64,000 nucleotides of DNA from IMG/VR virus record IMGVR_UViG_3300032770_000002, positions 62,001 to 126,000 of that record. The stretch is one strand, 5' to 3'. The notes below the pieces were generated by a model, which was not told where the DNA came from, ran no database searches, and saw nothing but the letters and a program-made list of their open reading frames with translations. Below, one piece after another: positions 18,940 to 29,093 of the stretch. How positions within the stretch are numbered: the stretch's first letter is position 1; each line of letters starts with the position of its first letter. Position numbers and translations under genes: made by a program.

Positions 18940-19248
18940 CAGAAACCACACCCACTCTTTTTCGTGCTGAGCCAGAACAACGGTGAAGCCGACTTTGAGA
19001 TATATGACCCTAACAATGTCCGTTCGGCCGTTCAGTCAATGTATGCTGAAGAAGGCAACGAATGTTCCGGAAATATCATCCTGTCGGTCATGGTTCGTGA
19101 TGTTAAGACGAATCGACCAGGACACCTGGAGTTGATGGCCGTCGTTGACGGCGAGGTTCAGGTCTTCGACGACCATTTTGCCCAAGTTGAGATGGACCCC
19201 GCATTGTGTTCAAACCCTAATCCACGGCAGAATTCCGAAAAACGCTAA
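18934..19248 (+). CDS. Hypothetical protein
   Basis: 104 aa, TAATG overlap with next gene. Confidence 0.6.
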   Translation: MNQKPHPLFFVLSQNNGEADFEIYDPNNVRSAVQSMYAEEGNECSGNIILSVMVRDVKTNRPGHLELMAVVDGEVQVFDDHFAQVEMDPALCSNPNPRQNSEKR

Positions 19249-19799
19249 TGAAAGCACTATTCTACGGCTCACTACGAAACGGTTTCCGCAATCACGACGT
19301 CGCCAGGGGAGCTAAGCTCGTTGGGCCTGGCAGGACGCTCCAGAACTTTAGGCTCTTTGTTCACTTTCGCGGCGGCGAGATGGGCATCCCCACGGCCATC
19401 CCAGACGAAACGGGCTATCCCCTGGTCGGTGAGGTCTATGAACTGCCACCGGCCGTTGCCGAGACTGTCGACTGGCTTGAGCATGGCTATTCCAAGAAGC
19501 ACGTCGACGTCAAGTTAAACGGTGTCCTTACCAGCGAGCCTGGGTCAAAGTTCAGCGTGGTGACTGATGGTGACGTCATTCCAAACGTGCTCGTCTATTG
19601 CTGCGAGTCGCTCGACTTGTCCGGATACCGAACGGCCGAAGAGGTCGAAGCCACGACGGGTGATTATGCTGACGTCTGCACCAAGTATGGCAAGCGGATT
19701 CAGACGCCCATTGACTGGCAGGTTCAGCCCATCCGGTCGACCGAACTTTTTCAGTGTGACATTGACGACAATGAAAACGAAGACATACACGCACGTTGA
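19248..19799 (+). CDS. Gamma-glutamylcyclotransferase (AIG2/GGACT-like)
   Basis: LFYGSLRNGFRNH, VGEVYE, DWLEHGY. Confidence 0.85.
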   Translation: MKALFYGSLRNGFRNHDVARGAKLVGPGRTLQNFRLFVHFRGGEMGIPTAIPDETGYPLVGEVYELPPAVAETVDWLEHGYSKKHVDVKLNGVLTSEPGSKFSVVTDGDVIPNVLVYCCESLDLSGYRTAEEVEATTGDYADVCTKYGKRIQTPIDWQVQPIRSTELFQCDIDDNENEDIHAR

Positions 19800-19939
19800 C
19801 CAGTCTGGAATGAAATGGCGCTTTGAAGGCGCCCGGCCTGTTTCTGAGCTTGCGGACTCCGTGATGTCTGGCGTTCACTCTCTCAGGCCCATAAAACCTC
19901 TCTGGAGACAGCGGAGGCGCAAAGCGGCCAGGCGGTGAA

Positions 19940-19976
19940 AATTTTTGTTTACAAAGCGCGGCAATTGTGATATAAT
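19940..19976 (+). promoter_or_regulatory. Early promoter (T4-early-like)
   Basis: TTTACA 19948-53, 17 bp, TGTGA-TATAAT 19971-76; ATG 7 nt downstream. Confidence 0.85.
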
Positions 19977-19983
19977 CCACTCC

Positions 19984-20817
19984 ATGAAGATTGGCTTTGA
20001 ATACGAAGGCGTCATCCTTGACGAGGACAACAAAATCGTTCGGTGGACCAAAATTCCACTCAAGCGGCAGTTCCGGATCAAGACCAAGATGGACATGATG
20101 GACGTCAAGCAGGACCCGATCGACACCTACGATTGCCTGGCTGAAGTCAGAACCGAGCCGCTGGAAAACAAGACTCCACGTGAGCTTGTCGTCGCCTTGC
20201 GCGACGCAATTCAAACGGCCGATCGGGCATTTAGCTCTGAGGGCTACAGCATCTTCTGGGGTGAGATGCGAGTTCCAAAGTCACTCCACAATGAAATTTT
20301 AGCACACATCGAATTTACTAAGGAGTTCAAGAAAGAAACACGCACGCTCGACCACGGGTGTGACCAACATTACGAGTCTGAAGGAAACGTTTGGCGCGGT
20401 GGTGGCCTGCACGTCAACGTCAGCCCAATGCCAAAGCCGATGGTGACGGCGATGGCCGTTAATCTTCACACTGTGCTGCACGACCTGATTGATAATTGGG
20501 CACTCAACTCAAACTATCGGAATAACCTTCTCTGGCGTCATCGCGAAGTGCGTGACAAAGAAGGCGTCGTGACCGACAAGATCGGTGAGTATATGTCATT
20601 CGGGTTTAACCTCGAGGACGTTGGCCCATTGGATATTTGGGAGGAGGCCTCGTCACACTGGTCAAGTTATTATCCGATCCAGTGGATGACTAAGATTCAC
20701 AACGAACTTATGCTGCTCGTCCACGGCGAAGACAACACTGAGTGGGTTGATCACGAGACCACTGAGGCGTATCTTCGCCTTAAGAAGGCCGAAGTTGAAG
20801 TCCTCCAAGACGCATGA
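19984..20817 (+). CDS. COOH-NH2 ligase (glutamine synthetase fold), phiEco32 type-2-like
   Basis: IGFEYE, LAEVRTEP, GGGLHVN, GEY.S.GF. Confidence 0.6.
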   Translation: MKIGFEYEGVILDEDNKIVRWTKIPLKRQFRIKTKMDMMDVKQDPIDTYDCLAEVRTEPLENKTPRELVVALRDAIQTADRAFSSEGYSIFWGEMRVPKSLHNEILAHIEFTKEFKKETRTLDHGCDQHYESEGNVWRGGGLHVNVSPMPKPMVTAMAVNLHTVLHDLIDNWALNSNYRNNLLWRHREVRDKEGVVTDKIGEYMSFGFNLEDVGPLDIWEEASSHWSSYYPIQWMTKIHNELMLLVHGEDNTEWVDHETTEAYLRLKKAEVEVLQDA

Positions 20818-21014
20818 CATTGCCACTTGAAATACTGAAGAAGGCCATCGAGCGCGGCGTTGTAGTCAGCCTCTGGAAAGACAGGCGTGGCCAATACACG
20901 TGTGAGATGAGCTATCCACGTTGGGCCGGTAGCGTGTGCGTGTCATCGAAGACGCTTAAGAAGGCCATCAAGCAGGTTTGGAAGGACGTGCGTAACCTTG
21001 ATTCAGCCGATTAA
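20814..21014 (+). CDS. Hypothetical protein
   Basis: 66 aa, ATGA coupled. Confidence 0.5.
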   Translation: MTLPLEILKKAIERGVVVSLWKDRRGQYTCEMSYPRWAGSVCVSSKTLKKAIKQVWKDVRNLDSAD

Positions 21015-21456
21015 AAAGCGAAGTCAGTTTGACGGCTTCTTCATCAGCCAAGAAGTTGACAGTTTTCTTGATGAGTTACGGAAAATCGGTGAAGAGCCTG
21101 GGGCTTTCAAACACTACCGCATTGCCATCGACTCTGACCGACGCCAGTTGGAAGAAGGACGAGTGCTACTCAAGACGTGGGCCGAGGCCGATAAGGTTGG
21201 TGATTTTGTCGCCATTGTGGACCGCCGAGGGACGGCTGGAAAACACCGCACCATCATGCTCAAGGACATCCGCGTCTTTGGCGTCAAGTTCGTCCTGGAG
21301 CATCACATCTGGGTCCACTATACAAAACTATGGCAGCGGGTCGAACCGTTCGTTCAGGGTCAAAAGGTGCTGGTCCATGGACGCGTCATTCCCTATGAGC
21401 GCGAGGACGGAAGCGTCGACTACACGATTCTTCCTGAAAAGGTCATCAAACTATGA
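20998..21456 (+). CDS. Hypothetical protein with OB-fold-like C-terminus
   Basis: FVQGQKVLVHGRVIPYEREDGSVDY. Confidence 0.55.
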   Translation: MIQPIKKRSQFDGFFISQEVDSFLDELRKIGEEPGAFKHYRIAIDSDRRQLEEGRVLLKTWAEADKVGDFVAIVDRRGTAGKHRTIMLKDIRVFGVKFVLEHHIWVHYTKLWQRVEPFVQGQKVLVHGRVIPYEREDGSVDYTILPEKVIKL

Positions 21457-21758
21457 ACGTTCCTAAACCAGATCCGAATGTTGAAGCTCCTTCCTTTGAA
21501 TATCAAAGTTGGGGATGTGATCCTAAACTGGCTGAGAAAATGAACAAGAAAAGTAATTCAAAAACCAAAGGCCCGTATTTCCAAGGGCAGCAGACATCAG
21601 CGAACTGTGGTTGCTACTACCCTGACGTTTCTCGCACGCCAAGTGGCGGCTTGTATTGTTTCGAACATGGCTGGATTCGCGGCCCAATAAATGAGGACGA
21701 GAAGCCAACTGAAGCGTGGCGTAACATTGAGCTTAAGCGCTTGGAAGAGGAAGGGTGA
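21453..21758 (+). CDS. Hypothetical protein (CGC...CFEH)
   Basis: 101 aa, ATGA coupled. Confidence 0.5.
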   Translation: MNVPKPDPNVEAPSFEYQSWGCDPKLAEKMNKKSNSKTKGPYFQGQQTSANCGCYYPDVSRTPSGGLYCFEHGWIRGPINEDEKPTEAWRNIELKRLEEEG

Positions 21759-21759
21759 C

Positions 21760-22887
21760 TTACGGGTTTCCAACCGGCATCTTCTGCATAAAGCCTTCGT
21801 CACTTCCTGAAACGTCAATCTTGCCAGCGGCCACGATCTTCTCCACGTCTTCTTCCGGCGCGTAGTTGACGACAATCAGCCCTTCAGGTTCATTTTGCCA
21901 GTAGTCCAGGTTCATTGGGTCATCGTAAATCATCTGGGAAATCTTGGCTCCTGCCGCGATCTCAAGTGACTTTACCTTGACTGGCATGCTACGTGGGACG
22001 GCCGCGCTACGCAACGTTGCGGCTGCGTTGCATGTTATCTGAGCTTCAGCGCCCGGACCGCTTGGCCCGGTGGCGCCTTGGTTGCCACTTTGAAACTTCA
22101 AACTGGAGGCAAATGTTACTGGACCGGCCGTGTATGTGTGGGTTCCTATTGACTTATCGTAAAGGACGTTGTCCGTGAAATAGGTGGAGTCACCACCGAC
22201 TGGCGTGTCCTCGCTTAATGAGCACAATCCTCGTGTGACCACCCGCTCGACAGGCCGCTGTTCCTTTGAGAGGAAGAAGCTGATCCCAATGGCGAATACC
22301 CGGTCGGCCTTCAGGATCGCCTTGGCCACACTCCGGACTTCATTGGCCGTAAAGACATACTGACGTATGGCCCCGTCTTCAGCGCGAAACCCGTCAATCC
22401 AGAGGCCACCTCGTGGCGTCCCTGTGCTGCAGAGGTAATTTTGCTTTGGCCACTTAAAGTTGCACTGGGCACAAAATCGGTCAGGTCCAAACGGCTTCTT
22501 GTGTTTTGGGCACTCGTCACGATATTGCTCAAGCGTCGCGTCCTTACATGGAAGCCCAGTGATGGCGTTGACGCCTTGGATGCTGACGACGATGGCCGCG
22601 TGATTCGTCGTGTGGTGAAGGCAGTCATTGAAGTCAAGCCACAGCCCACGGTCTTCCTTGACGGCGACGAAGTAGGATTTGACCCGGCCTGAGCTGCGCA
22701 TCCAGTGCGGTGGACATGCTGGGTATTCATCGACCAAGAAAGCGCGGCGAGGGTGGTGAGGTGGAAGGCCGTGCACCTGTTCCACGCTACCTTGCACTAG
22801 AGACTTCAGAGCAGCTGGCAGGTTGAGGACGGCGGTTAGTCCATTGACGGACATGAATCGGTCATTTGTGGAAGAGTCAAAGTTCAT
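21760..22887 (-). CDS. Uncharacterised conserved-looking protein
   Basis: 375 aa; LWLDF, VNAITG, QNY, WIDGF...GAIRQYV, AAGAKISQMIYDDP. Confidence 0.7.
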   Translation of the reverse strand: MNFDSSTNDRFMSVNGLTAVLNLPAALKSLVQGSVEQVHGLPPHHPRRAFLVDEYPACPPHWMRSSGRVKSYFVAVKEDRGLWLDFNDCLHHTTNHAAIVVSIQGVNAITGLPCKDATLEQYRDECPKHKKPFGPDRFCAQCNFKWPKQNYLCSTGTPRGGLWIDGFRAEDGAIRQYVFTANEVRSVAKAILKADRVFAIGISFFLSKEQRPVERVVTRGLCSLSEDTPVGGDSTYFTDNVLYDKSIGTHTYTAGPVTFASSLKFQSGNQGATGPSGPGAEAQITCNAAATLRSAAVPRSMPVKVKSLEIAAGAKISQMIYDDPMNLDYWQNEPEGLIVVNYAPEEDVEKIVAAGKIDVSGSDEGFMQKMPVGNP

Positions 22888-22898
22888 GGCATATGAGC

Positions 22899-22934
22899 GA
22901 AGCTGGCCGCCAAGAGTGACGACCAGCTTCTTTT
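22899..22934 (+). terminator. Hairpin GAAGCTGG...CCAGCTTC followed by TTTT
   Basis: 8-bp perfect inverted repeat plus T4 in an intergenic gap. Confidence 0.45.
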
Positions 22935-22944
22935 GGGTTGAGGT

Positions 22945-23817
22945 CTAGTAGTTGCGTTTAACGCCAAACGGGTTGTTTGATTTGACGTCGACGTTGCGTA
23001 ATGAAACGCGGAGCTTAGGCAACTCATCACGCTGCTTGAGCTGGCGGAAGTTTAAGTCAGCTTCCGGGTAGGCGTTGGCCAGGTTTGAGGTGTCATCATT
23101 CGGGTTTGTGGCCCGCTCGATGAGGCGAAGGACGGCTTCAGTGTTGTTGGTGTCAATTTCACCGCGCTCGACGACGATTCTGATGAACTTCCGGCAGTTT
23201 GGCTGCACGTTATTCCAGTTGCGGTGGTTGACGGTGCTGTAGCCGCCACGAAGCGGCTTGCCAGGGAACATCGGGTCCTCATCGACCATCTCGTTTGGAA
23301 GGACACCCGCGGGATAGAGCGTCACCAAGCGGCCGTCCACCAACGTGGCCGTGACGCCTTCGGTCACCAGTCCCTGTTCGAAGTCGTTGATGAAGTTAAG
23401 CGTCTCCTCAACGGCGACGGTGCCGTCATCGTGGAAGGCGATGAATGGCCTGTCACCGAATCGCTTCTTCAGCGCGACGGTGATGGGGTCCGACGGCTTG
23501 CCAGGCAGGTAGTTCCGCAATAGCTCATCGACCCCGATGGTGTCGAGATTGGGCTTGATGCCCATGTTTTTGAGCACCTCAGTGCGGTTGCCAGATTTTT
23601 CACCAGCTTTTCCACCCTTGAGGGCCGAAAAGGCCATGCGAGCCACGATGGGCGACTTGTCCTTGAAGACCTCGCGAAACTCACCGAACTTGAGGTCATC
23701 ACCATCGAGGGCTTCAACACCCATCTCGGGTGTGAGTCCACTGATCTCTTGAAACTTTTCGATGGAGAGTCCGAGAAGCTTTGCGGCCTTGGAGACACGG
23801 TCATTCCAGTCATTCAT
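22945..23817 (-). CDS. Uncharacterised protein
   Basis: ATG 23817 (MNDWNDRV); DEDPMFPGKPL motif. Confidence 0.7.
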   Translation of the reverse strand: MNDWNDRVSKAAKLLGLSIEKFQEISGLTPEMGVEALDGDDLKFGEFREVFKDKSPIVARMAFSALKGGKAGEKSGNRTEVLKNMGIKPNLDTIGVDELLRNYLPGKPSDPITVALKKRFGDRPFIAFHDDGTVAVEETLNFINDFEQGLVTEGVTATLVDGRLVTLYPAGVLPNEMVDEDPMFPGKPLRGGYSTVNHRNWNNVQPNCRKFIRIVVERGEIDTNNTEAVLRLIERATNPNDDTSNLANAYPEADLNFRQLKQRDELPKLRVSLRNVDVKSNNPFGVKRNY

Positions 23818-23914
23818 ACAGTCATTCACTTTCAATCGCGTCGATGTGTTTTGGCCAGTTCCCGCTCGACGGCAACGGCTGGCTGACACCGTTAAAGTGT
23901 CACTCCTAAGAACA

Positions 23915-24163
23915 CTATTGTGAGACGACTACATTAGTTGCAGACGTGGAGACAACCTTGGACGACGTGAAACCGATGGAGGTTGAAAACGTGGGAGCCG
24001 ACGTGATGACGGCTCCCACGGCCACAGTTTTTACGGCCTGCGTTACTTGATTCGTGCCACTAGAAACCAGGCCAATGCCGATAATGAGCGTGCGATGTTG
24101 ACCGATCGGGACGCACCCGGTGAGCAGCAGGCTCAAACCGACGATGATCCTTATCGAGGACAC
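23915..24163 (-). CDS. Small predicted lipoprotein
   Basis: IIVGLSLLLTG-C lipobox. Confidence 0.6.
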   Translation of the reverse strand: MSSIRIIVGLSLLLTGCVPIGQHRTLIIGIGLVSSGTNQVTQAVKTVAVGAVITSAPTFSTSIGFTSSKVVSTSATNVVVSQ

Positions 24164-24720
24164 GGACGCGGTAAGATGTGCTGCGCCTGCGATTCAGGCC
24201 GAATGGCCGATTTTAGGCCAATTGAGCGTGAGAGCACTTGGCGTCCAAGCGCCTGGTTAAAGCCGTCTTGGATTGCCGTTGCGAACTCGACGACAACCGG
24301 CGCGTTGCTGGCCAGGTTTGACTGGACATACTGGCCGTAGTAGAGCTGGTAGAGGTCAACGACCGAACCGATTGCAATTTGGACGTAAACGTCGTGGAGC
24401 ACCGGGACGTTGATCGACAACAGGTCTTGTTGAAGAGCACCTGGCGTGTAATTCGTCCTGGAGATAAACGTGCCAAGCGCGTCGCTTGCGGCAGCGAAAT
24501 AAGCGGCGTTATTGGTCTGACCGGTTGGCGGCGTAATTGCGGCAAGTGCTCCGGCTCGAGCGACGCCTCGAAGGACGACGGCCGCCGCGTCGATGTTGGC
24601 CTGACTTGGAGGTTGATTTGACCCCGGTGGCATGGTTGTGCAGGCTTCAAAGACGGATGCGGTGATGATGGACGCAAGGCTCAAGACGACGATGGAGACG
24701 AGTTTCACAGTGTTTTTCAT
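24151..24720 (-). CDS. Secreted/lipoprotein-like hypothetical
   Basis: MKNTVKLVSIVVLSLASIITASVFEAC hydrophobic N-terminus. Confidence 0.6.
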   Translation of the reverse strand: MKNTVKLVSIVVLSLASIITASVFEACTTMPPGSNQPPSQANIDAAAVVLRGVARAGALAAITPPTGQTNNAAYFAAASDALGTFISRTNYTPGALQQDLLSINVPVLHDVYVQIAIGSVVDLYQLYYGQYVQSNLASNAPVVVEFATAIQDGFNQALGRQVLSRSIGLKSAIRPESQAQHILPRPCPR

Positions 24721-24736
24721 ATGTGGCTAACTACCG

Positions 24737-24949
24737 GTGCGGGTTCTTGAAGATCAAGTGAAATTTGTGATTAAGCAGGCCAATGCGGACCAGTTTATTG
24801 GCGTTTACGAAGGCCGATACTTCTGGACACCTTCACTGATTACCCGGCGATTCTTTGGGTCGCGTGCCGAGGCCCAAAGGTTCATCCGAAAACACTCCTT
24901 AAGCGGGGTTGAACTCGTTGAGGTCCCATGCCCGGTAAGCGCTACCTGA
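24737..24949 (+). CDS. Hypothetical protein
   Basis: 70 aa upstream of the methylase. Confidence 0.5.
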   Translation: MRVLEDQVKFVIKQANADQFIGVYEGRYFWTPSLITRRFFGSRAEAQRFIRKHSLSGVELVEVPCPVSAT

Positions 24950-25887
24950 AGTTTTTCAACTGGCCTGGATCGAAAGTTCGTGTCCTTCCATGGCTGTTGC
25001 CAAAATTTGAGATAGCCGATCGTGGACTTTACGTCGAGCCATTTCTTGGCTCTGGGAACGTGTGGCTGAATGTCCCTGAAAAGTTCAGCCAATACATCCT
25101 GAATGACAAGGTCCCCTACGTCATTCGGTTCTTCAAGGCCATGGCCGACGTTTCATGCCGCGTGGCCTTGCTTGAACAACTTGAACGATTGCGGGCCACT
25201 TACCCAGTAAAACCGTCGCCTAAGTTAAAGCAAAAAATTGTCAACCACGCTGAGTTGACGCCTGATGAAGTAGAGCAGCGCAACACGTTAAAGCAAAGCT
25301 ATTACAATCTTCGTGACAAGTGGAATGGGCATCGGCGTGAAAACCTTAATAACGCGGCAAATTTAACCTGGTCTAACGCGGCCTTTGCGTATCTCTGTGG
25401 GGCCTGCATCAACAACCTTGTCAGGTTTGGAAGCAACGGAAACTTTAATCAAGGGTGGGGACAGCGAGAGCTTGACTTGAATTCATTCGGATTGGTTGCC
25501 GACCGAGTCGCCCACCGAAATAATCGGACGTGGTTTCACACGCATGACTTCAACAGTCTGCTCAGCAACATCAGTGTGAGAGGCCTGCTTTCACGGAGCG
25601 TGGTCTACCTTGATCCGCCGTATGGCACGCGGTCCGAGGCGAGGGTCAACGGGCTTTACGGATTGGAAAATTCATGGACGGCTGAAAATGACCAAGCCGT
25701 CATGGCATGGTGTCTGGCCATCCACAAGGCTGACGGGCTCTTTGTCCTGTCAAATTTGATGGAGAATCCAGGCGTGGCGAGACTGATTCAGGAGTTCAAC
25801 GTCCAAGTCGTGCCAATCAAGTATAAGGCGTCCGTTGGACGGCACGAAGTTCGTGAACAAACTGAGGTCATCATCTCGAATTTCTAA
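24928..25887 (+). CDS. dam: N6-adenine DNA methyltransferase, Dam/D12 class
   Basis: WPGSK, YVEPFLGSG (motif I), ILND, VYLDPPY (motif IV). Confidence 0.9.
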   Translation: MPGKRYLKFFNWPGSKVRVLPWLLPKFEIADRGLYVEPFLGSGNVWLNVPEKFSQYILNDKVPYVIRFFKAMADVSCRVALLEQLERLRATYPVKPSPKLKQKIVNHAELTPDEVEQRNTLKQSYYNLRDKWNGHRRENLNNAANLTWSNAAFAYLCGACINNLVRFGSNGNFNQGWGQRELDLNSFGLVADRVAHRNNRTWFHTHDFNSLLSNISVRGLLSRSVVYLDPPYGTRSEARVNGLYGLENSWTAENDQAVMAWCLAIHKADGLFVLSNLMENPGVARLIQEFNVQVVPIKYKASVGRHEVREQTEVIISNF

Positions 25888-26096
25888 TGGCGTGGGACCC
25901 AATAGTCAAAGTCACCAGCGATGATTATTCCTGATATGGCAAGATCGTCAAGGACGACGAGAATGGCCTGGTAATTGACGGCATTTGGCCTCCTGATCCT
26001 GACACTGCCAGACGGTGGGTCTTTGCGCCACACCAGTCTGGGGAGTTTGTCACAACGGCTTCCATGTCCATGGGTTTTCGATACCCATTTCGACAT
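25884..26096 (-). CDS. Hypothetical protein
   Basis: 70 aa convergent ORF. Confidence 0.35.
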   Translation of the reverse strand: MSKWVSKTHGHGSRCDKLPRLVWRKDPPSGSVRIRRPNAVNYQAILVVLDDLAISGIIIAGDFDYWVPRH

Positions 26097-26237
26097 TCGT
26101 TAAAATTCAAGGCATCATTGGAGATGGTCAATGAAATGAGACGGGCCGTAAAGGCCATAATGTCAACGTGACAAACATTTTCGATGTCAACGTGGCGAAC
26201 ATTGTTCTCACCCGCGTTATTGGCGTAGTTATGACAA

Positions 26238-26456
26238 ATGGACGCCCGAGCGACGATTGACCACCTCATTGAGCAGGACCACTTGCGCTCCCTGCAGAAG
26301 AGCCTCTTTGCCCGGGCCATGCGTCTCTTTGATGACGGTTACACCCCCGACGAGATCTTCCAAGTCGTCAAGAAAACTGACGGACAGTTACCGGCTCACT
26401 TTGTCGACACGGTCAAGTCCGCGTGGCAGGAATATCGAAGGCGCGGGTTCGCATGA
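26238..26456 (+). CDS. Leader-bearing small protein (MDARATIDHLIE)
   Basis: Shared leader; similar to 10732..10920. Confidence 0.7.
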   Translation: MDARATIDHLIEQDHLRSLQKSLFARAMRLFDDGYTPDEIFQVVKKTDGQLPAHFVDTVKSAWQEYRRRGFA

Positions 26457-27535
26457 GGGCCAGAGACTCCATTGACGTCCTCTTCGAGTCGATTGAGGGT
26501 CTTGGCTCACGCAAGGTTGGGATTGAGCTTGAGATTCTCGTCCTCAGCAAATTCAAGCGTCAGTTTCAACAGCTTGCCAGAAGCTTGGACATTGGCGTTG
26601 GCTCAGACTTTTCAATGGAAAAGCGGCACGAAGGGTTTGAGCAATTTTATGGGACGGTCGAAATTGACATCGGCCGACGCCCATGGACTGAGATCGAGGG
26701 CCGACTGACTCAACTGACAAGTTGGCTGCGCCACGAGGTGCCAATAAAATTCAAGTCGCAAGCAAGGCCGCGAGTTCCAGCGCGAGAGCATGAAATTCAC
26801 CTTCCAATTGGTCGCGTCTCGCAGACCATGACCGGCGCGTTGCACATTCACTTTGACATCGATGATTGGTTTCGTGACCACGACCACTTTCGCTCGTTTT
26901 TGGCCGTGTTCAACGAGTTCCTCGACCGCGGCGACCTCGAGTCGATGGTGGCCAAGTCGCGCTACGCCGTTGCGCCAAAGAAGTCCAAGTTCGACACCTC
27001 GAGCCCATATGGACAGGGACACGAGTATGCCAAGCCTTGGCCAGCTCCAGTTCCAAGGCCAACTGACGTAAAGCGATTTCAGAACCTTCCATCCGACGAG
27101 CTGACGACGATGTCTGCCGGGTCCAAGACCGTTCGGCGCAAGTTGACGTTTGACACGTCTCGCGTGCGTGACTTTGTCCGGTGGTGGGCCAAGGAGATGG
27201 ATGTGGACCGGCTTCAGGCGGTAAATCTGCTGTCGTCATGGGACCACGGCACGCTGGAGTTTCGATTCCCAAACGCGACGCTCAGCATCAGCGCAATTTC
27301 AGGGTGGGTGGAATTTCTGGCTGGTCTCATCAACTTTAGCCGCGACAAGAATTACGGCCAGTTTTTGTGGGCCTCACGGCGAGGTGAACACAAGACAATC
27401 GGTCAGTTCATGGACAAGCGCAAGGCGGCCCATGGGCACCCACAGTTTCCGCCGCCGTGGGACAGGTATGACTACGAGGTGCCAAGGTCTTATCGGAAAT
27501 TGGGCCTCGAGTCATTGCAGCCGCTGTCAATGTAA
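26453..27535 (+). CDS. Putative amidoligase (Amidoligase_2, GS fold) with leader MRARDSIDVLFE
   Basis: VGIELE, GTVEI, GALHIHF, HGTLEFRF. Confidence 0.8.
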   Translation: MRARDSIDVLFESIEGLGSRKVGIELEILVLSKFKRQFQQLARSLDIGVGSDFSMEKRHEGFEQFYGTVEIDIGRRPWTEIEGRLTQLTSWLRHEVPIKFKSQARPRVPAREHEIHLPIGRVSQTMTGALHIHFDIDDWFRDHDHFRSFLAVFNEFLDRGDLESMVAKSRYAVAPKKSKFDTSSPYGQGHEYAKPWPAPVPRPTDVKRFQNLPSDELTTMSAGSKTVRRKLTFDTSRVRDFVRWWAKEMDVDRLQAVNLLSSWDHGTLEFRFPNATLSISAISGWVEFLAGLINFSRDKNYGQFLWASRRGEHKTIGQFMDKRKAAHGHPQFPPPWDRYDYEVPRSYRKLGLESLQPLSM

Positions 27536-27574
27536 AATTTCTTCAAGCAGGCCTTTAAAGTCACGCCCCAGTCG

Positions 27575-27626
27575 TAAAATTTTGTTTACAATTTCTGTTT
27601 ACAAAATCGTGTCGTCATGGTAGAGT
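27575..27626 (+). promoter_or_regulatory. Early promoter with duplicated -35
   Basis: GTTTACA at 27584 and 27597; second copy has a 17 bp spacer to TGG-TAGAGT (27621-26); ATG at 27636. Confidence 0.7.
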
Positions 27627-27635
27627 ATTACCACG

Positions 27636-28568
27636 ATGACAAACACGACCAAACTGCCAAAAAACCTGAAATTCACTCGAAGCGGCCAGCAACTTTCTGG
27701 CATTGTCACCCGCATCTCTGCCGAAGTCCAGCTCCAAGACGGCCGCCGCGTTTTCAAGACCCTGACTGACGAAGACCTCTGCCCGACTGAACCAGCGCTC
27801 GCTCCGACCGATGACTCCCAAGCGCAAGTCATGGTCGAGACGCCGACGTGGACGATCATGCAGAAGTTTGACTTCATGGCCAACCTCATCCGCATGGTCA
27901 TTGACGACGTGACGTGCTCCCTGGTCATCACCGGGTCTGGCGGCCTTGGCAAGACCAGCAGCGTCTTTGAAGCGCTGAAGCGGGCGAGCCTGACAGCCGA
28001 CCGCGACTTTGTCGTCCTGAAGGGCTACACCACGCCACGCGGTTTTTACGAATATCTGTATCGCAACAATGGCCGGCTCATCATCGTTGACGACTGCGAC
28101 GCCGTCTTCAAGACGCAGACCGGCGTGAACATCCTCAAGGCGGCGCTTGACTCTTTCGAAGACCGCACCGTCAGCTGGCAGTCGCGTGAGCGCGCCGCCT
28201 CGAGCGAGGACGAAGAGGGTGACGACTCGGTCCCCAACTCCTTTGAATTTTCCGGCCGAATCATCTTCATCAGCAACCTGTCACACGACGACGTCCCACA
28301 GCCTGTTCGCAGCCGCTCGATGAACATCGACCTGACGATGAATGTCCAGGAACGCCTTGACCGAATCAACTACCTGATGCCGGTTCTCGCCAGCAACGAG
28401 GAAGTGACGATGGACCAAGCCAAGGAGTGCTTCGACCTCATCGTGGCGAATCAGAGCCTCATCAAGGACATCAACATCCGCACGGCCATCATGACGCTGC
28501 GCATTCGGAAGACCAACAGCGACGTCATCTGGAAGGACATGGCCACGTTCCAACTGCTGCACAATTAA
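27636..28568 (+). CDS. P-loop AAA-type ATPase (conserved phage family)
   Basis: ITGSGGLGKT (Walker A), IIVDDCD (Walker B), NILKAALD, IIFISN, VRSRS. Confidence 0.82.
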   Translation: MTNTTKLPKNLKFTRSGQQLSGIVTRISAEVQLQDGRRVFKTLTDEDLCPTEPALAPTDDSQAQVMVETPTWTIMQKFDFMANLIRMVIDDVTCSLVITGSGGLGKTSSVFEALKRASLTADRDFVVLKGYTTPRGFYEYLYRNNGRLIIVDDCDAVFKTQTGVNILKAALDSFEDRTVSWQSRERAASSEDEEGDDSVPNSFEFSGRIIFISNLSHDDVPQPVRSRSMNIDLTMNVQERLDRINYLMPVLASNEEVTMDQAKECFDLIVANQSLIKDINIRTAIMTLRIRKTNSDVIWKDMATFQLLHN

Positions 28569-28591
28569 AACGACTGACCTGAAAAATTTAC

Positions 28592-28807
28592 ATGAAAACT
28601 TCCCTTACTCAAATAAATTTGGCCGTCGGAATGGCGTTGCCGTTAGCTTTTACAACGCCTGTTCCAGGATTCGGCAATGATTGCTTGCCTGCTCGCATCG
28701 AGGAAATTAGGCCTGACGGTAGGGTGAAAGTTCAGTGGCTTCATCGCGATGGCGACTGGTCACCGCGGTGCGTTATCCACCCGTCTAAACTGTTTACGAA
28801 GGTCTAA
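28592..28807 (+). CDS. Hypothetical early protein
   Basis: 71 aa. Confidence 0.5.
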   Translation: MKTSLTQINLAVGMALPLAFTTPVPGFGNDCLPARIEEIRPDGRVKVQWLHRDGDWSPRCVIHPSKLFTKV

Positions 28808-28808
28808 T

Positions 28809-29093
28809 ATGAAACCAGCTGAATACTTCCAACTTGTGGTTGAGACCATCGCAACCCACGGTCACCGTGACAACGACCACTTTAAGTCGGCCTTCTCGAT
28901 CGCCCAACAGGCCCTGGCAGCCAGATTCTCTGACGAGGTCATGCTTTACGAGTCGATGCGTGTCAGAGACCAGCTCACGGAAGGAAGGTTGACGTATCGG
29001 CCCGGGTGCGACTGGTATGACCCTCGGACGAGCGCTCAATATGAATTTCTCGAGCTTTCTGAGGTGTCCCTCAAAGAGAAGGAGGCCGTATGA
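28809..29093 (+). CDS. Hypothetical early protein
   Basis: ATG 28809; coupled to next gene. Confidence 0.55.
   Translation: MKPAEYFQLVVETIATHGHRDNDHFKSAFSIAQQALAARFSDEVMLYESMRVRDQLTEGRLTYRPGCDWYDPRTSAQYEFLELSEVSLKEKEAV

Noticed and set aside
19576-20214. 212-aa minus-strand ORF
   Set aside because: Antisense to GGCT, an early promoter and the ligase gene; no motifs.
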